Source of the DNA: a virus
Lineage: Duplodnaviria; Caudoviricetes
DNA: 34,860 bases
Reading direction: 5' to 3' (one strand)
IMG/VR virus record: IMGVR_UViG_3300033067_001657
Coordinates: 1 to 34,860 of that record
Shown here one piece after another: positions 9,124 through 17,722 of this stretch (the stretch's first letter is position 1; each line of letters starts with the position of its first letter). Under the pieces are notes generated by a model. That model did no database searches. It saw nothing but the letters and a program-made list of their open reading frames with translations, and had not been told where the DNA came from. The position numbers were made by a program, and so were the translations under genes.

Positions 9124-9816
9124 CTATGATGAAAAACACCATTCGCGGATTTGGTTTTTAACATTATTAGGATTGTGTTTGAAATCGTTTTCCCAAACAA
9201 CATATACTTTATACCCGAATGATTCTATTTGGCGTTTTCTAGACTTATCTAGTTTTCTTATTTCCGCCGCTGTAACGCTGCCTTTAAACAGGTCTATGAT
9301 ATCATCAGATCTAAAAAGCCTTGGATTTGCATGCCAGTAGTCGCCGTAGCATTCTATCACTATTCTTTTTTCTGGGATCAAAATATCGACGCGGGGAGAA
9401 TAATGCCTTCCTCTAAGCCTATTCCACTTTCTAAAGCCACCTACTTCAAATACGGCTGATGGGCATATACTTTGTACATATTCTTCAACTTTTTGTTGAA
9501 ATTTACTAGAAAACACCCCAAAGCAGAAATCTTCGCCATATCGCTCGACACATGTATTATAGATCTTTAATTTAATCTCTGGAAGCTTGGCCGGATTGTC
9601 CACGCCATACTTATCCATACAAGTTTTCTTAATTCTCTTTAGTTTTCTTTTTAAGAAGAAAGGATTATCTGTAGCAGTCCTCAATCCTTGTTGTTTAAAA
9701 ATATTCTGAAGAGTGGTTCTTTTAATACCAGTTTCTCTTGAAATCTCTCTTTCTGAAAAATTCTTATTAATTAACTTGACAATTTTCTGCATCTTTCTTT
9801 TCGAAATATGAATCAT
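9124..9816 (-). CDS. Free-standing Vsr/DUF559-like (EDxHD-type) putative homing endonuclease
   Basis: N-terminal HTH-like segment, CMDKYGVDNP and CVERYG repeats, C-terminal VDILIPE..IVIECYGDYWH...D...FGYKVYVVWEND. Confidence 0.75.
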   Translation of the reverse strand: MIHISKRKMQKIVKLINKNFSEREISRETGIKRTTLQNIFKQQGLRTATDNPFFLKRKLKRIKKTCMDKYGVDNPAKLPEIKLKIYNTCVERYGEDFCFGVFSSKFQQKVEEYVQSICPSAVFEVGGFRKWNRLRGRHYSPRVDILIPEKRIVIECYGDYWHANPRLFRSDDIIDLFKGSVTAAEIRKLDKSRKRQIESFGYKVYVVWENDFKHNPNNVKNQIREWCFSS

Positions 9817-10366
9817 ACCAACTCCTATCTAAATCTGGATTAGTGTCCAGTAGTACGCACTCTGTAGTACGTTTAATACAATCTATATCTATTAACGTAT
9901 CTTTTATATCTGTGGATCTTAACGTAACGAATTTATTTTTTTCTGGCCTATCTTTAATATAAGTTTCAGAATAAGGATAATTTTCTATAACTTCTTTTAC
10001 TTTATAATGACTTTCATAATATAAAACACGTTCTGAATATTTTCCATGAGGTGCCGCTTCGATTTTTACTCTGTCCGCATGTATTCCATAACTTTCTATG
10101 ATTTTGGTCACAACTGAAATAATATCTAAACAGTGGTTATAACTATTTCCTAGTGTAGATGTGACATATTCAGATGATATCGTGTTATCACGATGATAAT
10201 TATAAATAAGAATAAGTTCAGTATCTATTTCTGACAGATCAGAGAGTAATTCCCTAGTTACTTCTCCGCTGAAAACGGACGCTGATAAAGTTATATGTGC
10301 TTGAAATAAACCTTCTGAACAGCCACACCGCCTGCAGCCGCAAATACCCCTTTGGCTCGAGTCCAT
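9767..10366 (-). CDS. Conserved hypothetical protein
   Basis: FQAHITL...RVKIEAAP...YYESHYKV...FVTLR...LDTNPDLDRSW pattern, recalled from an uncharacterised family; AAGGGG upstream of the ATG. Confidence 0.65.
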   Translation of the reverse strand: MDSSQRGICGCRRCGCSEGLFQAHITLSASVFSGEVTRELLSDLSEIDTELILIYNYHRDNTISSEYVTSTLGNSYNHCLDIISVVTKIIESYGIHADRVKIEAAPHGKYSERVLYYESHYKVKEVIENYPYSETYIKDRPEKNKFVTLRSTDIKDTLIDIDCIKRTTECVLLDTNPDLDRSWYDSYFEKKDAENCQVN

Positions 10367-10634
10367 TTAATAACCCCTTATTATATTGTTTATTATTTAG
10401 AAAATGATCTTTCACTTTAAAAAAGAAAGTCCCATAATAAGGAACTTTAGACTCGTGCCATTTGGCTACTAAAAGTAAGTCTATAATATTATGATCACTA
10501 ATAGATGAAAAATTTATGTTTCTTATACAATGATCGAAGTCGTTTTTACAAAAAACCTTGGCTCTGCCAAATTCAAAGATTAAAGAATGTCGCCCATCCT
10601 CTGAACTTTGTAATATTTTATCGAGTAACAACAT
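10254..10634 (-). CDS. Hypothetical protein
   Basis: Starts right after the nrdB stop; its 3' end overlaps the next gene by 113 nt. Confidence 0.5.
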   Translation of the reverse strand: MLLLDKILQSSEDGRHSLIFEFGRAKVFCKNDFDHCIRNINFSSISDHNIIDLLLVAKWHESKVPYYGTFFFKVKDHFLNNKQYNKGLLNGLEPKGYLRLQAVWLFRRFISSTYNFISVRFQRRSN

Positions 10635-11636
10635 TTACATGTCGTCCTCCAGATTGCAGCTATGTTGATACTCTTTTTCTCTTCGTTCGAAGAAAGCCGC
10701 CATTCCTGGCAAATCTTGAGTCTCAACAAGCCATCCGAAGGGATTTTTAGCGCCAGGATATAACTCAGGCAATCCTATCGCAGTCAATCTAATATTGGCT
10801 AAAAACATAGAATATTCAACCATCATATCAGACGATAACCCCAATATGCCGTTTGGTACAACTTCTTTAGAATATGCGATTTCTAATTCTAACCCGGTCT
10901 TTAATATTTCCAATATTTCTTCTTGGAAATCTCTAGTCCAAATTTTAGGATATTCTTCCTTAATTTGATTAACCACCTGAATACCAAACTTAACGTGCAG
11001 ATCCTCATCTTTTAGTGTAAACTTAATCTGGTCATATAATCCAGGTAGTTTATTCTGCCTACACAACGCCATTATAGCGGCGAAACTATTAAAAAACCAA
11101 GTCCCTTCCATTAAGAGATAGACAATAATCATATTCTTAACAAATTGCTGAATTCCCGCATTCGTCTTTATATTAAAGTCCGGCCCAAACGAATCCAGCG
11201 CGCTTTTCAAGAATCTAATTTTCTTCTTAACAGTGGGTATATTTTTATAAGCTTCTGAAACTTCTTCAATATTAAGACTATAAGCTGCACAACATACATT
11301 CACCGTCATATTATGAAGGGATTCTTCAAAGTCTTTTCTTGCCAAATACTGTCTGCAACAACCATCCGTAATAAACAATCTCTCTACAGAAGCTATTGAA
11401 TGAGATACTAGACTTTCTCCTGCTGAAAATAGTCCTAATGTTCTTTTAACTAATATTTTTTCGTCCTCGCTTAAAGCAGAACTATTCCACTGTTTAATAT
11501 CAGTAGACATATCAACTTCTAGAGGGTTCCAGTGATTGGCATTGCCATCTCTCCACATTTTAATAGCCCATTGATTTGGAGAGTTTAATAGTTGGGCCAC
11601 TCCATCATTTACCGATTGGTCTAACAATTTAGACAT
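10635..11636 (-). CDS. nrdB: Ribonucleotide reductase beta subunit, class Ic-like (radical Tyr replaced by Val)
   Basis: NHWNP.EVDM..D, FSAGESLV, FEESLHNMTV, MEGTWF, KDEDLH and C-terminal FFERREKEYQ. Confidence 0.95.
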   Translation of the reverse strand: MSKLLDQSVNDGVAQLLNSPNQWAIKMWRDGNANHWNPLEVDMSTDIKQWNSSALSEDEKILVKRTLGLFSAGESLVSHSIASVERLFITDGCCRQYLARKDFEESLHNMTVNVCCAAYSLNIEEVSEAYKNIPTVKKKIRFLKSALDSFGPDFNIKTNAGIQQFVKNMIIVYLLMEGTWFFNSFAAIMALCRQNKLPGLYDQIKFTLKDEDLHVKFGIQVVNQIKEEYPKIWTRDFQEEILEILKTGLELEIAYSKEVVPNGILGLSSDMMVEYSMFLANIRLTAIGLPELYPGAKNPFGWLVETQDLPGMAAFFERREKEYQHSCNLEDDM

Positions 11637-11643
11637 ACATACC

Positions 11644-12009
11644 TCATATTATTGCGTGTAATTTATTACCTTGAGTTTTTATTATTGAAAAGGTTCCACC
11701 TTTAAGGGTAAGAGTATAGTACACCCAATAAGGATTCTCTCGCGGGTTGAACTTAAGATTCTCTGAAAAAAATATGTCTTTTTCTCCAGGATGAATTATA
11801 TCTAGTTCTTTGCATCTTATCCAGCTACAAACTGTTTTAGTCGCTCCTTTATAAATTCGCTTAGAAATACTTTCATGATTCACTATCTCACAATTCTTCA
11901 TAATAAGTGAATATGAATTGGGATCTACATAGGTTTTTTGTTTCCCTTGAGTAATTTGCCACTGCATATAATGTGGCCCGTATGCTAAATGGAATCTAAC
12001 TTTAATCAT
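11644..12009 (-). CDS. Hypothetical protein
   Basis: 121-aa ORF starting MIKVRFHLAYG; fits the operon. Confidence 0.6.
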   Translation of the reverse strand: MIKVRFHLAYGPHYMQWQITQGKQKTYVDPNSYSLIMKNCEIVNHESISKRIYKGATKTVCSWIRCKELDIIHPGEKDIFFSENLKFNPRENPYWVYYTLTLKGGTFSIIKTQGNKLHAII

Positions 12010-12403
12010 TTAACTCTTGCCTTAAATTATCTATCTCTAGTAGAACAATTTCTTTATTTTCGCTCCATGCTTTTAGCACTTTCTCACATTGATCGAGAAT
12101 TCTCAGTATAGAACTTTTTTGAGTTTTATCGCAAAAACCTAAAAATCGCTTTGGAGAAAAACATGTAACTACAACCCCTTCTCTAATTATATAAGCAGAA
12201 TTGCTTTTCGGATTATATCTGACCTCTTCTGTCCCATCTAAAGATCTCAACCACGGTCTTATTAATTTTAGAGATTCTAAATGGTTTAAAGATTTTCTTA
12301 TATTTTTAAGAATATTTTTACGAATCCTATCGTCGTCAATATAATCTTTCATTATTCTTTCTCTGTATCTTATAATACAATGGTCAGAAATTTTAAGATC
12401 CAT
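12002..12403 (-). CDS. Hypothetical protein (HxxxRYxER motif)
   Basis: ISDHCIIRYRERI...IIREGVVVT pattern common in small phage proteins. Confidence 0.6.
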   Translation of the reverse strand: MDLKISDHCIIRYRERIMKDYIDDDRIRKNILKNIRKSLNHLESLKLIRPWLRSLDGTEEVRYNPKSNSAYIIREGVVVTCFSPKRFLGFCDKTQKSSILRILDQCEKVLKAWSENKEIVLLEIDNLRQELND

Positions 12404-12755
12404 ATTTTTTCTTTAGTTCTTCAAATAAAAGAAGTTCTTTATTTTTGGATAATTTCTTTTTTTCTAATTGCTTCTGTTTTCGAAGTTCTTCGGCTTTAGC
12501 TTTTTTCTCGGCTAATTTAACATCTATAGCTAGTTGTTCTTTACACTCTAGTAGTATCTCTTGTACAGATCTTACGCATTTTTCTATCACTATATAGTGC
12601 AATCTATGCTCATATTGAACCAATAAGCCAAATTCTTCTTCTGAAACCTCAATCCAATCTGTAGTAATTGGAACACTATACTTTACATCATACGAATTAT
12701 AATAATCAGAGCCACATTCTTTCCAAAGCTTATTAGCTATTATTATCTGTCTCAT
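12393..12755 (-). CDS. Hypothetical protein with C-terminal coiled coil
   Basis: 120-aa ORF with a K/E-rich tail. Confidence 0.6.
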   Translation of the reverse strand: MRQIIIANKLWKECGSDYYNSYDVKYSVPITTDWIEVSEEEFGLLVQYEHRLHYIVIEKCVRSVQEILLECKEQLAIDVKLAEKKAKAEELRKQKQLEKKKLSKNKELLLFEELKKKYGS

Positions 12756-13386
12756 AGTTCATCTCCGCTATTTCTTGATCAGTAAAGGAATTTTGTACTT
12801 CGGCCCCTCTGCTAGATTGGCTTCTCATTCTACCAAGTTTAAAGTTGATGCCTTCGTAAGCTGATTTATAGTTACTTTGAGAGAAAGATTTAACATCGCC
12901 GGTATGAGCAAATACTTTAGCATCTTCTAAAGCGCTCAAATCTGAAGACAAAAATGTAAACTGCCAACTATAGACTTGTGTTTGATGCTCTATGCGGCTC
13001 TTTATATCTTGCAAAGTAAACTTTCTAGAACTATTCTCATAACCATCAGTTAAAATGAAAACAGCGACTAGACCGGGTCTTTCTTGTTCTGCAATATCTG
13101 ATAGTATTTGTCCTTCTTTATCTATAACACTACATAAAGCATCATATAAAGCAGTTCCATTATCCGCCGACATTTGGTAATTAGCGGAAATCTTATTCAA
13201 ATTAGAAAAAGAATAGATGGTTTTATAGCTGGTGTCAAACTCGTAAAGCGAGACAGTGCATTCTCCTGGGACATCTTTTTGTTTGGTCAGCAGAGTGTTA
13301 ATTCCTTCAGAGGCGGCGTCTTGCTGACTATACATTGAGCCGCTCTTATCTACAATAATAATTAAGTGTGTTTTATCTTTATTCAT
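12733..13386 (-). CDS. von Willebrand factor A domain protein
   Basis: MIDAS motif DKSGSM, GTALYDA and LTDGYENSS. Confidence 0.9.
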   Translation of the reverse strand: MNKDKTHLIIIVDKSGSMYSQQDAASEGINTLLTKQKDVPGECTVSLYEFDTSYKTIYSFSNLNKISANYQMSADNGTALYDALCSVIDKEGQILSDIAEQERPGLVAVFILTDGYENSSRKFTLQDIKSRIEHQTQVYSWQFTFLSSDLSALEDAKVFAHTGDVKSFSQSNYKSAYEGINFKLGRMRSQSSRGAEVQNSFTDQEIAEMNYETDNNS

Positions 13387-13388
13387 TT

Positions 13389-13589
13389 TTAGTCTAACTC
13401 CAATCTTTTAACTAGTTTCCCTACTATCGGTAATATTCTCTTTAATTCTTCATTTATAGGAAAAGGAGAACAAGGTACTAAAATACCACTAAAAAGAACA
13501 ATATCATACTCGCCATCTTCTCCCGGTGGGATATCGCTATAATAGGCTCCTCGCTGGTCTATCCAGATCTTATAATCTTTTTCCGCCAT
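13389..13589 (-). CDS. Hypothetical protein
   Basis: 66-aa ORF filling the gap between MazG and vWA. Confidence 0.5.
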   Translation of the reverse strand: MAEKDYKIWIDQRGAYYSDIPPGEDGEYDIVLFSGILVPCSPFPINEELKRILPIVGKLVKRLELD

Positions 13590-13917
13590 GTTTATAACCT
13601 CTGCTCTTATTCTTTGCCATCTTATTAGCTATGGTCTGTTCAATATCTGGATCAAAAATTGATGCCATATCAACGGCTCGGATAAGAATATCCGTCATTT
13701 CTTCTTTAAAGTTTTCCTTATCATTCTTTCTAAATGCTTCAAGTGCTTCAGAAACTTCTGAGCCTATCAAAGCCAATAAAGCTGGAATTTTATAAGTATC
13801 TTCCCAATCAGATTCTTTAATTACGTCCCAGCCATTTTGCTTAACTATTTCCATAGCTTGGTTGGCTAAGTCGTTTAAATTGTCGTATTGGATCTTATCA
13901 GCTTTCATTTTCGTCAT
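13570..13917 (-). CDS. MazG-like NTP pyrophosphohydrolase
   Basis: LALIGSEVSEALEA.RK...EEMTDILIR..D...KMAKNKSR.YKHGGK; AGGAG RBS upstream. Confidence 0.85.
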   Translation of the reverse strand: MTKMKADKIQYDNLNDLANQAMEIVKQNGWDVIKESDWEDTYKIPALLALIGSEVSEALEAFRKNDKENFKEEMTDILIRAVDMASIFDPDIEQTIANKMAKNKSRGYKHGGKRL

Positions 13918-13933
13918 ATCTTTCTCCTTTTAA

Positions 13934-14029
13934 TTGCTAAGCTAGGAATCGAACCTAGTCCTCTTGCGATGTTGCAAGCATTCTTCCCCAAATTAATAGT
14001 TATGGGTTTTACCATTAAACTACTTAGCA
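13934..14029 (-). ncRNA. tRNA-like RNA (96 nt) with aberrant anticodon/variable region; pseudo-tRNA or tRNA mimic
   Basis: Acceptor TGCTAAG/CTTAGCA, D arm GTTT-AATGGTA-AAAC, T arm CTAGG-TTCGATT-CCTAG. The central 46 nt do not form a canonical anticodon arm. Confidence 0.7.
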
Positions 14030-14036
14030 TAAATAA

Positions 14037-14122
14037 TGTGTCGAGAGGGATTCGAACCCCCAAGTTTACCGCGCGGGGCCTGATTTACAGTCAGACTGCT
14101 TCACCAATTTGCATATCGACAC
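14037..14122 (-). tRNA. tRNA-Tyr (GTA)
   Basis: Acceptor GTGTCGA/TCGACAC plus A, anticodon arm TCTGA-CTGTAAA-TCAGG, long variable arm, T arm GGGGG-TTCGAAT-CCCTC; CCA not encoded. Confidence 0.92.
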
Positions 14123-14124
14123 AA

Positions 14125-14140
14125 AGACCGCAAGCGGTCT
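14125..14140 (-). other. GC-rich hairpin immediately 5' of tRNA-Tyr (weak terminator or processing signal)
   Basis: AGACCG-CTTG-CGGTCT is a perfect 6-bp stem just after the upstream ORF stop, followed by only a short T run. Confidence 0.45.
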
Positions 14141-14146
14141 AATTTC

Positions 14147-14668
14147 TTAATCCATATCTAAATAGCTTTCAACAATTATATCTTCTTGTCTAGGGACAAC
14201 TAAAAAATCTGTGTCAGCTATTGCTGTGAAATTTCCAAGTGTTCTTTCCAGAACTGCTTTGAAAAGGTATTCCTCTTGCGATTCAGCATTAGAAATATGA
14301 AAAGTTAAATCTTGCATGCTTGGTTGTACATTATTAATGGTATGGACCAAAACCGGAGTACTCATATTAATAAGCTCTCCTGGATAATTAGTGCCATATT
14401 CCCAAGTTTCTATTCTGTAGAACTTGATTTTATAGGTTTGGTTTGACGCAAAATCTTCTGTTTTATAATACAGAACAACTTGGTCAAATAGAGTTTCTTC
14501 ATCTAAAACTACTGCCTGAGCGAAAGAAAGATCTCTAGTTCCTTCTACAAGAAGCCATTCATCTATTAAATCGATGTCTCCATACGCGAATTCTTTATTA
14601 ATATTGGTGGCGAATCCTATACCAATGATAGAGAATAGAAAAATTAAACTTAAAAATATTTTATTCAT
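14147..14668 (-). CDS. Putative exported protein with Sec signal peptide
   Basis: Basic-hydrophobic N-terminus MNKIFLSLIFLFSIIGIGFA; acidic, beta-rich mature region; GAGGT RBS. Confidence 0.7.
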   Translation of the reverse strand: MNKIFLSLIFLFSIIGIGFATNINKEFAYGDIDLIDEWLLVEGTRDLSFAQAVVLDEETLFDQVVLYYKTEDFASNQTYKIKFYRIETWEYGTNYPGELINMSTPVLVHTINNVQPSMQDLTFHISNAESQEEYLFKAVLERTLGNFTAIADTDFLVVPRQEDIIVESYLDMD

Positions 14669-14679
14669 TATTTACCTCT

Positions 14680-15486
14680 TTATTCGATTTCAACTGTAAC
14701 TTTAGGATTGGCGGGTAAAGGAGTCGACTCATTTACTCTTTCGTATTCAACTTCGCCCATTCCTATAACATACCAAACGCCATCTTGATTCATCCCTAAG
14801 TCTTGTTCTAATTCAATAACTTCTCCATCTACAATAACAGCAACTTTAATAGTAATTCTCTTTTTGTAGTAGCTTCTTTTTGGATAAATATTTTGCATAC
14901 GACCGGCGGCTACTCTAGCTGCATATTCTGCTTCAGCAATTTCCAATGCTGTCGGTATACCTGCGAAAGTAGATACAGATGGGCTACTAGGAGCAACTGC
15001 AGTATCTGGAATTGGATAAGTAGGCCACCAAGTAATACTATTACCTTCCGCTTTGATTGGTTGTAAATTCCACGGGACACTTTTATATTGGCCCGGCATA
15101 TATTCTAAAGATTCTATATAATCATTCCAGTCTGGAGCAACTGGATCAGACATAGGAACAAGCGTATTAGTAGAATTCCACGCATAGTCTACTCTTAATT
15201 GAAATTCTACGTCATCAAAACCAGATAATGAATTTTCAACCAAGATATCTTCTAAAACGCTCTCTATAGCTGCTGGCATCTCGTATGGAGAATGCGTCAA
15301 TAAGTCTATACCTCCTCCTTCAGGAGAAAATTCCCAAACCGTTCCAGTAGGAATATTGATATCAATAATATCAAATCTCTTATTCACTTTCGCAGTATAA
15401 GCTCGCGCTTCTGTTACATTTAATACAGAAAAGGACAGCAGTGCTAAAATAGCGCCACTTAAAATAAAACTGATAAATTTCTTCAT
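14680..15486 (-). CDS. Putative exported protein with Sec signal peptide
   Basis: MKKFISFILSGAILALLSFSVLNVTEARA with AxA cleavage site; Pro-rich acidic mature part; GAGGT RBS. Confidence 0.7.
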   Translation of the reverse strand: MKKFISFILSGAILALLSFSVLNVTEARAYTAKVNKRFDIIDINIPTGTVWEFSPEGGGIDLLTHSPYEMPAAIESVLEDILVENSLSGFDDVEFQLRVDYAWNSTNTLVPMSDPVAPDWNDYIESLEYMPGQYKSVPWNLQPIKAEGNSITWWPTYPIPDTAVAPSSPSVSTFAGIPTALEIAEAEYAARVAAGRMQNIYPKRSYYKKRITIKVAVIVDGEVIELEQDLGMNQDGVWYVIGMGEVEYERVNESTPLPANPKVTVEIE

Positions 15487-15695
15487 TATCTACCTCTTAA
15501 AGTTCTAAAGCCTTCTCGAACTCTGTTTCTTAAGTTAAATACTTTTCCTACTCCAAACAAAGGGAATTCAATAAAATCATTACCCTTCACAACTCTAACC
15601 ACAGTTACATGACCATTACTTCTGAATACGATCTGTTCATTTTGATACATTTCTGCCATCAAACCATTAATTACTTCAAATTCGTTCTCGTTCAT
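15486..15695 (-). CDS. Hypothetical protein
   Basis: 69-aa ORF coupled to both neighbours. Confidence 0.55.
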   Translation of the reverse strand: MNENEFEVINGLMAEMYQNEQIVFRSNGHVTVVRVVKGNDFIEFPLFGVGKVFNLRNRVREGFRTLRGR

Positions 15696-16790
15696 TTATA
15701 CCTCTATAAAATCACAATGTTTCTTTAGATTTTCTAAATTGTGGGTGTTTGTATAAGTGCAGCAAGAAACTAAACCGCCCTTAATATCCTGTAACAAACT
15801 AGAAACAGGACCCTTACTTTCGATTACAGTTTCTAACCCTTCGCTAGTTCTGTAATTTTTTAAGCCGCCATTATATTTATTATTCGCTGCGGCAGACGAC
15901 ATTCCATAAAACTTAATACGTTTTTTAAATCTTACATCAAAAACATATCTGCAGTTATCTTGATCATATTTAGCTGACGCTGGAACTCCAAGAGGTCTTA
16001 AGCCTGCAGAATTTCTATCTGCATATTTTGTTTTAGAATCGTATTCCCACTCACCCTCATTCTCTTCATAACCAGCAAATATACTTCCGCACATTACCAT
16101 ATGAGCGCCAGCACCTAAAGCCTTACATATATCTGCTGGGGTTTTTACTCCACCATCAGAACAACATAAGGCATTTAATTCGTTTGCTGCTGCTCCGCAC
16201 TCTTTAGCTACTGAAAATTGTGGATAATAAATACCAGCTTTATTCTTTGTATCGCAAACTCCACCACTGGCTATTCCACATTTGGCTATATCAGCGCCTG
16301 CTTTAATTATATTCTCTACTCCTTCTGGAGTACATACATTTCCCGCCATTATAATTGAATCAGGGAATAAATCACGCACTTGTTTAATGCGGTCGAGGAA
16401 TTTATACATATAGCCGTTTGCTACGTCTAAGCAGAAATTGTAGTTGTAAGAACTATCAGGTTGGCGTGTTCTAGTCGTACTAGGCAAATTCTCGTTCATT
16501 CCTAATGTAATAAAAGAGTACTTGCTTTCGGGCCAATGCATGAAATCATATAAAGACTGCTCGTTTATATATTTATGTAGAGCTGTCCAGAACTTGTCTT
16601 TATATAAAGCCCTCGCCATACTAATGTTGCCAGTTACATCCATGTTAGAAGCAATTACTGGTATTCCTGAGAATTTCTTTTTGGCCCATTTTGTAATATA
16701 GTTCACTTCTAAGTTTACTTGATCCCGTGAGGATAATTCTGTGGGGCGTGGTACTATTGCTACTTGATCAAATTTATATTTTTTTTCCAT
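15696..16790 (-). CDS. guaC: GMP reductase-like (IMPDH/GMPR family, no CBS domains)
   Basis: PVIASNMD, ALHK, CLDVANGY, MAGNV, SDGG, FYGMSS and YRTSEG motifs. Confidence 0.88.
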   Translation of the reverse strand: MEKKYKFDQVAIVPRPTELSSRDQVNLEVNYITKWAKKKFSGIPVIASNMDVTGNISMARALYKDKFWTALHKYINEQSLYDFMHWPESKYSFITLGMNENLPSTTRTRQPDSSYNYNFCLDVANGYMYKFLDRIKQVRDLFPDSIIMAGNVCTPEGVENIIKAGADIAKCGIASGGVCDTKNKAGIYYPQFSVAKECGAAANELNALCCSDGGVKTPADICKALGAGAHMVMCGSIFAGYEENEGEWEYDSKTKYADRNSAGLRPLGVPASAKYDQDNCRYVFDVRFKKRIKFYGMSSAAANNKYNGGLKNYRTSEGLETVIESKGPVSSLLQDIKGGLVSCCTYTNTHNLENLKKHCDFIEV

Positions 16791-17722
16791 GTTTCTAATA
16801 TATGTCTCACTACTTCAACTGTCCAACCATTTCCTATACATTTATATCTCTGACTGTTGCTAATCCCTGCCGTATAATTGTCAGGTAATGTTTGCAGTCG
16901 TTCACATTCTAATGGAGTTAATTTTCTTACCCAGTTCTTATCATAAATCAAAGAACCTCCGCCACCAGCAAGACCTCCACCGCTAGCAGCTAGGCACGCC
17001 GCCTTTCCTTGAGTAGAATATATTCTATATCCTATTGAATTTCTAATCTGATGGATTCTTTTAGTGCTTTTGAAAGCGACTTGTCTTCTTTTCTTAGAAA
17101 GATATTGTTTGAGATCAGTCCCTTTGTAATAACTAGCATCTATACAATATGATTTCAACTGGTCAGCGGCACCATCTTCTAAAATATCAGAAAGAATTAT
17201 ATTTCTATCTTTAGGTTGCTCTACGTTTTCTATATTAGTCCAGTAAAATCTTTTCCTGAGTTGAGCAGAAACTAAAGCTGAATTAATAAGATATTTATTT
17301 ATAGACGGTAAGACTTTAGATAACGCATTAGTAATATACGTCTCAAAGTCCAATTTCATGCGGACATTTTCGATCAGATATGTAAAATTTGGATTTTTCT
17401 TTTTTACTCGTTTTAGAATATCGAGCATCACCCAGAAAAGCTGTCCTCTTTTATCTTTATCTCCTTTCTGATTTCCCGCGACAGACCAAGCCTGGCAAGG
17501 AAAACCCGCAAAGACCAAATCAATATTCTTCCAATCAATATCCCAGCACTTCCAATTAGTAACATCACCAAGAGGAATATTAGTAGGATAGTTTCTACTA
17601 GAAACAGTAGTTGCATATTTATCTATTTCAGAAGAATAGTAGTTGTTTACCTCAATATCAGCTCGTTCTAAAGCCACTCTTCCACAACTTATGCCGTCAA
17701 ACAGACTGAGAACATTCATCAT
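16760..17722 (-). CDS. C5 DNA cytosine methyltransferase
   Basis: LSLFDGI (motif I), GFPCQ (IV), ENV (VI), QLRKR (VIII), RKLTPLECERLQ and IGNGW (IX/X). Confidence 0.95.
   Translation of the reverse strand: MMNVLSLFDGISCGRVALERADIEVNNYYSSEIDKYATTVSSRNYPTNIPLGDVTNWKCWDIDWKNIDLVFAGFPCQAWSVAGNQKGDKDKRGQLFWVMLDILKRVKKKNPNFTYLIENVRMKLDFETYITNALSKVLPSINKYLINSALVSAQLRKRFYWTNIENVEQPKDRNIILSDILEDGAADQLKSYCIDASYYKGTDLKQYLSKKRRQVAFKSTKRIHQIRNSIGYRIYSTQGKAACLAASGGGLAGGGGSLIYDKNWVRKLTPLECERLQTLPDNYTAGISNSQRYKCIGNGWTVEVVRHILETWKKNINLIK

Noticed and set aside
9093-9816. Group I intron hosting the endonuclease
   Set aside because: phoH is intact, only 31 nt separate the genes, and the other side overlaps a CDS, so there is no room for a ribozyme core.
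13888-14142. Plus-strand ORFs over the tRNA loci (13888..14142 and 21336..21575)
   Set aside because: They are explained by the reverse complement of GC-richer RNA genes.
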